From positions 141,883 to 205,882 of the forward strand of contig JAWKOJ010000007.1 of assembly GCA_041391245.1 (NCBI GenBank): a stretch of DNA of 64,000 nt, written 5' to 3'. The notes beneath the pieces are model-generated. The model worked only from the letters and a program-made list of their open reading frames with translations, was not told the origin of the DNA and did not search any database. Each line of letters opens with the position of its first letter. Within the stretch, counting starts at the first letter, position 1. This DNA comes from Caldilineales bacterium. Lineage in GTDB: Bacteria > Chloroflexota > Anaerolineae > JAAEKA01. Positions 55,652-64,000 of this stretch are shown here, one piece after another. The position numbers and the translations under genes are program-made.

Positions 55652-56735
55652 ATGCATCGACGCTCACTTCATCACTTGTTTCGTTGGCCATACTGGTAGT
55701 GCTGGCAGGTTGTCAGGGCATGTCCGGACGTCCTACGGACACGCTGCAACTGGTCGGCGAGTACAGTTATGTGGACGGCGTGCCTGCCTTTCACGTTCTT
55801 CCAGGAGAATCCAGCCCCTACCTCGTCTATCGCAAGCAGCCGGTGCGGGTCGAGCAACAGAAACAGCTCGTGACCATTGCACTCAACGACGTTTCCATCG
55901 ATGTGACGCCGTTCGATCCAGCGGCGGCATTGGGCATCAGAGCGGCCGGGGATGGTTCAGGGACGACCCAACTGCCAGACTACTATCGGATCAAACCGAC
56001 CGTGACTGCCGAGGAGTTCATCGACGGCGAGTGGGTACACTTCTCCGAGTTCGAGGCAAAGCCCAGGCAAATCGCCAACATCGGCATCGCGGTGATCGTG
56101 GACAGCAGCAAGTCCATCGACAGGCAGCTTGGCCCTGCCAAGGCTGCAGCGAATTATCTTGCAGCCTTGCTTGAGAGCCGCTGGGGAGATCACCTCTGGG
56201 TCAGCGTGGCGCCAATGGATCCGGGTGCGCAGTATCTGGGGTTCACGAACGACGCAGCCGCGATCAAGACGTACATCGCCGGGCTGGAATCGGTGCCGTA
56301 CACGCCGCTGTACGATGTCATCGCCAGCGTGTGCGACGCGTTCGACGCTTTCGAGTTCCAGCATGCAGGCGTGGATCCCCGCTTCAGCTTCAACCAGCGC
56401 TGGATTCTGTTGCTCACCGATGGCCGGGACAACTACTCAAACCTGGACCTGGGCGACGTGCAGCAGCGGCTGGCGCAATCCAATGTGGCAGTGTATGCCC
56501 TTGGCATCGAGGCGCTGAACGATCTCGACCAGAAGCACCTGGGCAGGTTGTCTCAGCAGCGGCTGGTTGCTTTGACCGGTCTGGAGCAGGAGCGACTGCG
56601 CGAAGCGCGAGATGGAGATCGTGAACACGATCGTGGCGCAGTCACCTGCATACTACGACATTGTCTATCTGCGCAACGACCAGCAGATTCGCGAGCCGCG
56701 CGAAGATCCGTCTGACCTTCGAGATCGACCGTTAG
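55652..56735 (+). CDS. von Willebrand factor A domain lipoprotein (at least 3 frame disruptions)
   Basis: ATG at 55652 follows GGGAGG. Lipobox VVLAGC. VWA/MIDAS-like IAVIVDSSKSI, LLLTDGRDNYS and VAVYALGI. The C-terminus continues in the frame of 56612.. and ends at TAG 56733-56735. Confidence 0.7.
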
Positions 56736-56748
56736 AGGGCGCCAGCAA

Positions 56749-58174
56749 CTACTGGCCGGCGAACTGGGGACCCAGCACCTGGTTGATCAAATCGACGAAG
56801 TCCGCTTCGTCGGTCACCGCCAGCGCCAGCAAGCCACCCTTGCGCCAGAAATGGGGCGCGGCCGGCCACGACAGCGGCAGGCCATGGATGCTGGACGCAG
56901 TGGCATCCAGATCGACCACATCGGCCAGCAGGCTGGCTTCATCGGGGTACTGGAACACCTGCAACGGCTCCCCATCCACCTGTACAATCAACCCGTAGGT
57001 CGTCAGGTAGGGCTTGACGACGCGTCCAGGAGCGACCGCGACCTGTGCGTCCAAGTTAGCCAGGTCCGCCAGCAGGTCCAGCGTCGAGTATTGAGCCGCA
57101 GCCTCGGTTACCTTGGTCGGTATAGCCAGGGGCGTGGCCGACGCATCCGGCTGCGCGGCTGACGCTGCCCGTTGTGGTCGCCGTGGATGTCGCTGATGGT
57201 TGCGGCGAGGGGGTGTCGGTAGGGGCGACAGCCGCCAGAAGTTGCCCGGTAGCGGTTGGCGACGCGGCAACCACAGGCAGATCAGGCAGGAACTGGGCGG
57301 TAAGCGCGTCCAGCACAGGCGCGGCCCAGTCAGGTACCTGGTCGTCGGCGGTACGCACGGCGTGTTCGCCGAACAGGTTGCGATACACCAGTTCGTAGGT
57401 GGCGCAGTCGCTGCACACGTCTTCCGTGACGTAATCGCCGGCCTGCTCGCGCAGATTGGCGTCTTCCAGCACCTTGAGCAGTGCGCCCATCTCTTCCTCG
57501 GACAACATGCCCTCGGTCACCTCGCCGGCGCGCGCGACGCTGTAGGTCCGGTCAAGATTAAGCAGCACACGCTCGTCTGCGTCTGCGCGGCTGCGTGTGA
57601 ACTCCACCAACACCAGGGCCGGCGCAACCTGCGGCGCAGGTGCAACGGTTGGCGTGGGTTGATCGGGACGATAGACGGTTACTGACGCGGGGTCAGGGGT
57701 CAGCAACAGGTTGTTCAGCAGGGGAATCAACGGCCGCGCCCAGTCAGGGGCGGTCTCTTCGCTGGTCATCAGCGTGCCTTGCAGCATCAGTCCGCGGCGG
57801 CCGATCTCGTAGGTCGTCGCGCCTTCCGGAACCGGAGTCGGCGTCAGGGCAGTCCGCGTGTTTTCGAAAAAGTTGGCAGACTCGAAGGCCGCGTCGATCT
57901 GGTCCTGGGCCGCGGCGGAAAGCTGGAAGGTCACCGGTTCGGCGCCGATCTGCTCGAGCAACACGTGGCCGTCGAGATACATCACCGCGTGTTCGTCCAG
58001 CCCGTCAGGCCCGCCGGCGCGCCGGAAATCAACGACCGGAAAGGTCGCCTCCTCAATGCCCAGCGGTGCGGTGCTCCCGCCGGGGTTCTGGCTTACTCCA
58101 ACGCAACCGGCAGCCAGCAGGCTGGCCAGGGTGAGTGCGACGAGGACGACGACAAGTGTGGTTTTGGTGCGCAT
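56749..58174 (-). CDS. Hypothetical lipoprotein (one frameshift near 57180)
   Basis: ATG at 58174 follows AAGGAG. Signal/lipobox LASLLAAGC. ORFs 58201..57056 and 57270..56749 join. Confidence 0.55.
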
Positions 58175-58197
58175 AGAGAGAACTCCTTCGGGTGGCG

Positions 58198-58896
58198 TCA
58201 CAATGGCTCGCCGACCAGCACGACGTGCACGTAGCGCGGGCCGTGGATGCCCGCAGCACGGATCAACTCCAGATCAAGCGACTGGCTGGGGCCGGACAGA
58301 AAGGTCACAACGGCGTCATCGCACGGCTGACCTGAGCGCGCCAGCCAGCGCGCCGCCGACGGATACAGCCTGCCAACCGGCAGCAGGACGATGACCCGGC
58401 GCGGCAGGAAGGCGGACAGCAGCGGACGACCCGCGCCGCCGCACACGGCCAGCGTGCCGGTGTCGGCAAAGCCAGCCGAGGCAGCAACGACTCCAACCTC
58501 GACGGCGCCCGCCGCTTGCAACAGATCGCCGCGGCTGTCAACATCCTGAGGACGCAGCCGCGGCGCTGCGGCCCGCAGATCGGGGATCAGCGTCTCGATG
58601 CCCAGCAGGTTCAGTGTGTCAAGGGTACCGGGCGACGGCAGATGCTGTGCCTGCCACGTCAGCACGCGAGTCACGTTGCCGGCCTGAAGTGCGGTCACGA
58701 GATGCAGCCGGGCGCTTACCGGGCTGTCGGCCAACTCCCATGTGCCGCCGACCCTTTCCAGCGCGGCCGTAAAGCGGTCGATCAGCGGCGCGTCGCCGTC
58801 TGCCAGGCGTGCCAGCCCGGGCAGCAGCCCAGGCAGGGGCGGCTGTGAACCGATCTGCCTCAGCCGGCCAAGAATGGCGTCTCGTGCGTCGGTCAT
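58198..58896 (-). CDS. lutC: LUD-domain protein, LutC-like
   Basis: 232 aa with a YkgG/LutC-type pattern. Its start overlaps the lutB stop. Confidence 0.7.
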   Translation of the reverse strand: MTDARDAILGRLRQIGSQPPLPGLLPGLARLADGDAPLIDRFTAALERVGGTWELADSPVSARLHLVTALQAGNVTRVLTWQAQHLPSPGTLDTLNLLGIETLIPDLRAAAPRLRPQDVDSRGDLLQAAGAVEVGVVAASAGFADTGTLAVCGGAGRPLLSAFLPRRVIVLLPVGRLYPSAARWLARSGQPCDDAVVTFLSGPSQSLDLELIRAAGIHGPRYVHVVLVGEPL

Positions 58897-60323
58897 GGTT
58901 TGGAACGCTCCGCCCAGCGGTCGCGGAAGGGCTTGCCGGCCGGCTTCGGCAGGTCCCGCTCGGCGCGCCAGGCGCGCAGGGGCGGCGCGACGCTGCCGCT
59001 CAAGCTGCGTGCCAGCCAGCCGTGCGCCCGCCGAAAGTTGGTCGGCGTGTCGGTGGCCCAGCGAAAGGCTGAGCGCACCGCGTTGTCAACCAGGCTCGCC
59101 TGGCCTGCCGCCAGCCGGGCTTCCCGCAGCGAACGCAGCATCTCCGGCAGGTCGATGCCTACCGGACAGACGTCGGCGCAGGCGCCGCACAAGGTGCTGG
59201 CCAGGGGCAGGTCGGTGAAGGCAGGGTCCAGCAGCGGGATTTCTGACGCGACAACCTGTTGGTCCGACGACTTTCCCGGCGTGCCCGCGACCAGCGGCGC
59301 CATCACTGCGCCGATCGGTCCGGCGTAGCCGTTTCCATAGGCCTGGCCGCCGATCTCGCGCGTTACCGGGCAGACGTTGTGGCAGGCGCCGCAGCCGATG
59401 CACGCCAGCGCGTCGCGATATGGCGTTGCCAGCAGCGCGCTGCGGCCGTTGTCCACGATCACCAGGTGCAGTTCGCCCGGCCCGTCAGGATCGCCAACCT
59501 GCGCCGGCCCATTGAGCAGCGTCAACGAGCCGGGCATGTCGTGGCCGGCCGCGCTGCGGCTGGCCATCTGCGCCAGGAACAGCGCCTCGTCGAGTGAGGC
59601 AGCTATTTGGTCGATGCTCATCAGCACCACCTGCACGCGCGCCAGGCTGGCGGCCAGGCGATCCTCCCCGGCGTCGCTGACCAGCACCAGCGTGCCGGTG
59701 TCCGCGGCCGCCAGCGCAAGCTGGCCGATCGTCATCTCGTTGCGCAACAGCTCGCGGCGGAGTCGGAAGCGCGCCATGCTGCCCATAGCTTGCGGGTCCA
59801 GCGTCTTTGGCATGTCGAGCTTGTTCTCGAACAGGTTGGCTACATCGACGGCAAGCTCGTGCAGGGCGGGAAAGTGAGGATGGGACGCAGCATCGCCGGC
59901 AAGCTGCAGGATGTAGTCGCCGAAATGGGTGTTGATGACCCGGATCCCGGCGTTCGTCAGTGCGCCGTCCAGGCCGATCTCCTCGGCCAGCGGCGAGCGA
60001 CTGCGCAGCGTCGTGTCGACGCCCCGGGCGATAGCCAGCGCCGCGATGTAGCGAACGACAGCCGCGCCATCCTCAGCCCAGATGACCTCGGTGCCGCGCT
60101 GACGCAGCCTGACTTCCAACTGTTCCAGAAGGTCCGGCAGGTTGTCGAGCGCAGCGCGGCGGCTGGTCGCTGCCGCGGCCTGCAGCTCAGGCCACGGAGT
60201 CTCCAGGTCGTCGAAAGCTGCGTTGCGCCAGCGCTGCAGGCGGCCAGATGCGCGCGCCTGGGCCGTCCGCAAATCGGAGTCGGCAAGGGCTTCGGCAACA
60301 CGCGTCTCGAAAGGTGAAGGCAT
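58893..60323 (-). CDS. lutB: LutB-like iron-sulfur protein (LUD domain plus two 4Fe-4S motifs)
   Basis: CIGCGACHNVCPV and CGACADVCPVGIDLP, with an N-terminal LUD domain. Confidence 0.8.
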   Translation of the reverse strand: MPSPFETRVAEALADSDLRTAQARASGRLQRWRNAAFDDLETPWPELQAAAATSRRAALDNLPDLLEQLEVRLRQRGTEVIWAEDGAAVVRYIAALAIARGVDTTLRSRSPLAEEIGLDGALTNAGIRVINTHFGDYILQLAGDAASHPHFPALHELAVDVANLFENKLDMPKTLDPQAMGSMARFRLRRELLRNEMTIGQLALAAADTGTLVLVSDAGEDRLAASLARVQVVLMSIDQIAASLDEALFLAQMASRSAAGHDMPGSLTLLNGPAQVGDPDGPGELHLVIVDNGRSALLATPYRDALACIGCGACHNVCPVTREIGGQAYGNGYAGPIGAVMAPLVAGTPGKSSDQQVVASEIPLLDPAFTDLPLASTLCGACADVCPVGIDLPEMLRSLREARLAAGQASLVDNAVRSAFRWATDTPTNFRRAHGWLARSLSGSVAPPLRAWRAERDLPKPAGKPFRDRWAERSKP

Positions 60324-60404
60324 AGCTGGTTACATAGATTTGGTTTTCTGGCCACCGCAGAGTGCGCACACTCGCCATCCAAAGCCCAACGCTCAACGCC
60401 CAAC

Positions 60405-60656
60405 GCGGAGTGCGCATCCTCAGATGCGCACGGGGGCGACGTCAATGCGAGCATGCCGCCGGCTGCCACCATGCGTGATGGAGCCGTTCGCATTTGAGAA
60501 TACGAACTCCGCAACGCGATGCGGTCGGCGCCGCGGAGTGCGCATCCTCAGGTGCGCACCTGGGCGGCGTCAACGCGGACATGCCGCCGGCTGCCACCAT
60601 GCGTGATGGAGCCGTTCGCATTTGAGAATGCGAACTCCGCGACGCGATGCGCAGGC
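60405..60656. repeat. Tandem repeat, 128-bp unit x 2 (plus a partial copy upstream), each unit with two strong hairpins
   Basis: Units start at 60405 and 60533 (gcggagtgcgcatcctcag...). The hairpins are gtgcgcatc-ctca-gatgcgcac and cgttcgcatt-tgag-aatgcgaac. Confidence 0.85.
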
Positions 60657-60678
60657 TTGTGGGTCCAAGGAAGACTTA

Positions 60679-61941
60679 TCAGTCGCGCTTGAATTTTGAG
60701 TAATCCGGCATGCGGTATTTGCTGGCACCCAGGCCAGCGATGTCCAGCATCGCCTCCACCTTCATCGGCAGCCCGAAGATCTTGATAAAGCCCTCGGCGT
60801 CCTTCTGGTCGTAGACGTCTTCCTCGCCGAAGGTGGCGTAGTCCTCGCGGTAGAGGGAGTACGGCGACCGGCGGCCAACGAGACGAGCGCTGCCTTTGTA
60901 GAGCTTGATCCGCGCGCTGCCGGTCAAGTTTTCCTGGGTGGACTGGACGAAGGCGTCCAGCGCGCGCCGCAGCGGCGTGAACCAGAGTCCATTGTAGACC
61001 AGCTCGGCGTATTTGAGCGCCACCTGCTCCTTGTAGTGCATCGTCTGTTTGTCGAGGCACAGCTCCTCCAGCGCGGCGTGCGCAGTGTAGAGGATCGTAC
61101 CACCTGGCGTCTCGTAGACTCCGTGCGACTTCATGCCGACCAGCCGGTTCTCAACCAGATCGATCCGGCCTACGCCGTGCTTAGCGCCCAGAGCATTGAG
61201 CGCGGTCAGCAGGCCAATCGGGCCCATCGCCACGCCGTTGAGCCGCTTCGGAACGCCGCCCTGGAAGTCGATGACCACTTCCTCTGGCTCGTCGGGGGCA
61301 TCCTCCGGGCTTACCGACCACTGGTGCATGACCTCCTCCGGCTCGATCCACGGATCCTCGAGCAGGCCGCCCTCGTGGCTGAGGTGCCAGATGTTGCGAT
61401 CCCGGCTGTAGATCGACTTCTCGGTGGCTGTCACAGGCACGTTGTACTCGGCCGCGTAGTCCAGCGCGTCCTTGCGGCTGCGGATGGTCCACTCGCGCCA
61501 GGGAGCGATGGTGCGCAGCCGCGGGTTGAGCGCCATCACGGTGACCTCGAAGCGCACCTGATCGTTGCCCTTGCCGGTGCAGCCGTGGGCGACCGCATCT
61601 GCGGCCTCCAGTTCGGCGATCTCGACCATGCGCTTGGCGATCAGCGGGCGGGCAACGCTGGTGCCCAACAGGTACTTGCGCTCGTAGATGGCGCCGGCCT
61701 GCATCATGGGATACAGGTAGTCGGTGATGAACTCCTCGCGCAGGTCTTCGACGTAGAGCTTGCTGGCGCCGGAGGCCTTGGCCTTTTCCTCCAGCCCGCC
61801 CAGCTCGTCTCCCTGGCCGAGGTCGGCGGTGAAGCAGACGACCTCGCAGCCGTAGTTGTTGCGCAGCCAGGGCACGATGACCGATGTGTCCAGACCGCCC
61901 GAATAGGCGAGAACGACTTTGTTGACCGATTGTGTAGGCAT
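60679..61941 (-). CDS. argG: Argininosuccinate synthase
   Basis: 420 aa. Contains [18 protein letters not shown] and the conserved ArgG core. Confidence 0.95.
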   Translation of the reverse strand: MPTQSVNKVVLAYSGGLDTSVIVPWLRNNYGCEVVCFTADLGQGDELGGLEEKAKASGASKLYVEDLREEFITDYLYPMMQAGAIYERKYLLGTSVARPLIAKRMVEIAELEAADAVAHGCTGKGNDQVRFEVTVMALNPRLRTIAPWREWTIRSRKDALDYAAEYNVPVTATEKSIYSRDRNIWHLSHEGGLLEDPWIEPEEVMHQWSVSPEDAPDEPEEVVIDFQGGVPKRLNGVAMGPIGLLTALNALGAKHGVGRIDLVENRLVGMKSHGVYETPGGTILYTAHAALEELCLDKQTMHYKEQVALKYAELVYNGLWFTPLRRALDAFVQSTQENLTGSARIKLYKGSARLVGRRSPYSLYREDYATFGEEDVYDQKDAEGFIKIFGLPMKVEAMLDIAGLGASKYRMPDYSKFKRD

Positions 61942-61983
61942 GTGAAGTTTCCTTTGAGTGAGTTTTGGTATTTCGGGCGTGGT

Positions 61984-62060
61984 GCGTGAAACGTGATGCG
62001 TGATGCGATCCCGAGCGAGGCTCTTTTTTCAACGCAGTTCGTCAGCATCACGTTTCACGC
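61984..62060. repeat. Perfect 16-bp inverted repeat (word GCGTGAAACGTGATGC) between the methyltransferase gene and argG
   Basis: gcgtgaaacgtgatgc (61984-61999) pairs with gcatcacgtttcacgc (62045-62060). The right arm overlaps the methyltransferase stop codon. Confidence 0.8.
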
Positions 62061-62834
62061 ATTACGTTTTATTTCCGCACGACAAGTCAGGGCAAAGACG
62101 CGTTGCGGCACGGCCAGCGGTTCGATCGGGAACCGGCGGGCCAGCATGTCGGCCAGATCGGCGTCGAAACGGGAGACATCCTCGGCCGGCAGGCTGCCGC
62201 CGATGGGGGCGCTGGCGCGCACCCGGCCGCGCCAGGCAGCGTGGCCATATATGGCCGGCTCGTCGTAGGTGAAGCTTTCGATATCGGTGAACCCGGCCTC
62301 GGCTACGTCGCCAAACCACTGCGGATAGATGCCTGTGCCGCCGCTTAGACGCCACGACGGGTTGTAGCGCAAAATCAACTCCTCGGTCAACTCGACGACG
62401 TTGCCGGACAGAGGCAGCCAGTCGTAGTGTGCGATCACCAGGACGCCATCTGAGCGGAGCAGCCGGCTGACCTCGGCAGCAACCCGTGGCCGGTCGAACC
62501 AATGCCAGCACTGGCCGGCGGAGACTACGTCGAAGCTGGCGGCCGGGAAGCCAGTATGTTCGGCCGGTGCGACGCGATACATGACCTGCACGCCAGCCTG
62601 CCGGTCCAGCTCGCCGGCCTGGGCCAGTTGCTCCGCCGCTACGTCGACGCCGGTCACCTGGCAGCCGCGGCGGGCAAAGCCGCGCGCCAGCGTGCCCGTG
62701 CCGGTTCCCAGGTCAAGGATCTGCTGGCCGGGCAGGCCGATGCCGCGCTGCGCCAGTCGCTCGAAAAGCGACTCGGGAAAGCCCGCCCGATAGCGCGCAT
62801 AATCCTCTGAGGTCCTGCCGAAATCGACCTGCAT
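62055..62834 (-). CDS. Class I SAM-dependent methyltransferase
   Basis: Motif I is ILDLGTGTGTLARGFARRG, followed by VTGVD and a post-I acidic residue pattern. Confidence 0.8.
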   Translation of the reverse strand: MQVDFGRTSEDYARYRAGFPESLFERLAQRGIGLPGQQILDLGTGTGTLARGFARRGCQVTGVDVAAEQLAQAGELDRQAGVQVMYRVAPAEHTGFPAASFDVVSAGQCWHWFDRPRVAAEVSRLLRSDGVLVIAHYDWLPLSGNVVELTEELILRYNPSWRLSGGTGIYPQWFGDVAEAGFTDIESFTYDEPAIYGHAAWRGRVRASAPIGGSLPAEDVSRFDADLADMLARRFPIEPLAVPQRVFALTCRAEIKRNA

Positions 62835-62838
62835 GGGG

Positions 62839-63882
62839 CTACCGGCTCCGGTAGAGGTTGACCACGTCGCGCAGCATCGCGGCGGCGGTGCCGGTCGGGC
62901 CGCGCTCGTCGATGGCGATGAAAACCTCTTCGAACAGGTCGCTCTCGAACATCACGCCCATCTGCCAGCCGCTGACCTGCGCTAACTTGTGGTCGGCGCC
63001 CAGCGCCACCGGCTGCACGCTGAGGTCGTACCCGCCATCCGAGCGTCGCTCCGCCGTGCCCACAAGCTTCACAACCTCAGCGCCTTCGTTGCTGCCTTTC
63101 CCTCTCGCCCCCTCCACCGCGCCGATTCCCACCACCGGCTGCACATCGCGCACGGTGCAATCGAAGCCCAGCACCGCGTTGGCAACGATGGTCAGCTTGT
63201 TGGCGGTGTCCCAGCCCTCCACGTCGAGGCGCGGGTTGGTCTCGGCGATGCCTCGTCGCTGGGCCTCGGCCAGCGCGTCGCTGTAGGTCTGGCCGGCCGC
63301 CATCTGCGTGAGAATGTAGTTGCTTGTGCTGTTGAAGATGCCCTGCACCCGCTGGATCTCAGCGGCCACGTGGTCGCGCATACCGACATTGACCACCGGC
63401 AGCCCACCGCAGACCGTCGCCGAAAACGCCAGGCGTGCGCCAGTGGCGTCGGCGGCGCGGCGCACATCGCGGTAGCGCAGCGCCAGCGGCGCCTTGTTGG
63501 CCAGGACAACATCCACGCCCTGTCCCAGCGCCGCCAGCACGAAGCTGAGGGCGGGTTCGGCATCTGCCAGGTTGACCGGCGACGCCTCCAGCAACACGTC
63601 GGCGCGTACCTGGGCCAACAGGTCACGGGCTGTCGCGCCGGCCAGGCCGCCGGGGGCAGTGCCTGCGCTGCCGCCAGCCCGCTTGTGGGCCAGCAGCGCC
63701 GCCGGGTCGATGCCGGCCGGATCGGCCAGCGCGCCACGGCTGTCGCTCGCCCCAACGACGCGCAGCCGCAATCCGTAGCGCGCCGCCAGCTTTTCCCGGC
63801 GGCTGTCCAGCAGGTGCAGGAAGCGCTGGTTGACATTCCCCAGGCCGACCAGGATCAGGTCAATGGTTTGGAGATCGTTCAT
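62839..63882 (-). CDS. hom: Homoserine dehydrogenase family protein (no ACT domain)
   Basis: N-terminal LVGLGNVN Rossmann fold. The catalytic region is GIFNSTSNYILTQM...AEAQRRGIAETNPRLDVEGWDTANKL. Confidence 0.8.
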   Translation of the reverse strand: MNDLQTIDLILVGLGNVNQRFLHLLDSRREKLAARYGLRLRVVGASDSRGALADPAGIDPAALLAHKRAGGSAGTAPGGLAGATARDLLAQVRADVLLEASPVNLADAEPALSFVLAALGQGVDVVLANKAPLALRYRDVRRAADATGARLAFSATVCGGLPVVNVGMRDHVAAEIQRVQGIFNSTSNYILTQMAAGQTYSDALAEAQRRGIAETNPRLDVEGWDTANKLTIVANAVLGFDCTVRDVQPVVGIGAVEGARGKGSNEGAEVVKLVGTAERRSDGGYDLSVQPVALGADHKLAQVSGWQMGVMFESDLFEEVFIAIDERGPTGTAAAMLRDVVNLYRSR

Positions 63883-64000
63883 GCTGGCTTGCCGGACTGC
63901 GGCGTGATCGCATCGGACGGGCCAACTGGGGGCGCATTGAGGTCAAGCGGCGGCGATGCCTCGCCGGCGAGGGCATCGGCAGTGGCTTGCTCCGGGATGA
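63879..64000 (-). CDS. 3' end of an unidentified upstream ORF (partial)
   Basis: An open frame from the window edge ends at a TGA overlapping the hom ATG (ATGA). Function unknown. Confidence 0.25.
   Translation of the reverse strand, partial: IPEQATADALAGEASPPLDLNAPPVGPSDAITPQSGKPA

Overview
GC-rich bacterial chromosomal window. Gene content (RACo/corrinoid genes, Ccr, PT-rich lipoprotein linkers) suggests a Chloroflexota-like organism, but that is inference only. I can support about 50 protein genes and no rRNA, tRNA or CRISPR. Content in order: a partial RND efflux pump; a corrinoid methyl-transfer module (RACo, corrinoid protein, Hcy-type methyltransferase); fdhD and a DinB-family gene; aroE; a complete diversity-generating retroelement (DGR) at about 10.9-18.9 kb; an aromatic amino-acid operon (aroH-pheA, two DAHP synthases, tyrA, aroA); the MCM B12-binding subunit, a dienelactone hydrolase, a NUDIX hydrolase and sodA; an envelope proteolysis/peptide-permease operon (OppB-like, OppC-like fused to an M28-like domain, a PD40 propeller protein, a 1,675-aa double-M28 protein); a GT39-like protein, a C39-TPR protein and murJ; a small lower-GC toxin-antitoxin-like islet; an ethylmalonyl-CoA-like cluster (Ccr fused to four CBS domains, an acyl-CoA dehydrogenase, a CitE-like lyase, the B12 mutase large subunit, two MaoC hydratases); lipoprotein/VWA genes; and lutCB, argG, a methyltransferase and hom. 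The main finding is the DGR. It has a reverse transcriptase with the DGR-type IGxxxSQ and YVDD motifs, an Avd, and one 75-nt template repeat. Two variable repeats sit at the C-termini of two paralogous STAND-NTPase/FGE-fold genes, and all 26 TR-to-VR differences fall on template adenines. The cassette lies between aroA and aroE. The second finding is a candidate ribosome-dependent attenuator upstream of aroH-pheA: a leader ORF reading [10 protein letters not shown], an intrinsic terminator, and an 11-bp alternative pairing. Third, nearly every intercistronic spacer carries its own low-complexity 'word' hairpin, and some of the same words occur in-frame inside genes. Caveat: many genes, including aroE and murJ, carry frameshifts. 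At least two are single-base homopolymer length differences, so assembly indel error is likely and pseudogene calls are unsafe.
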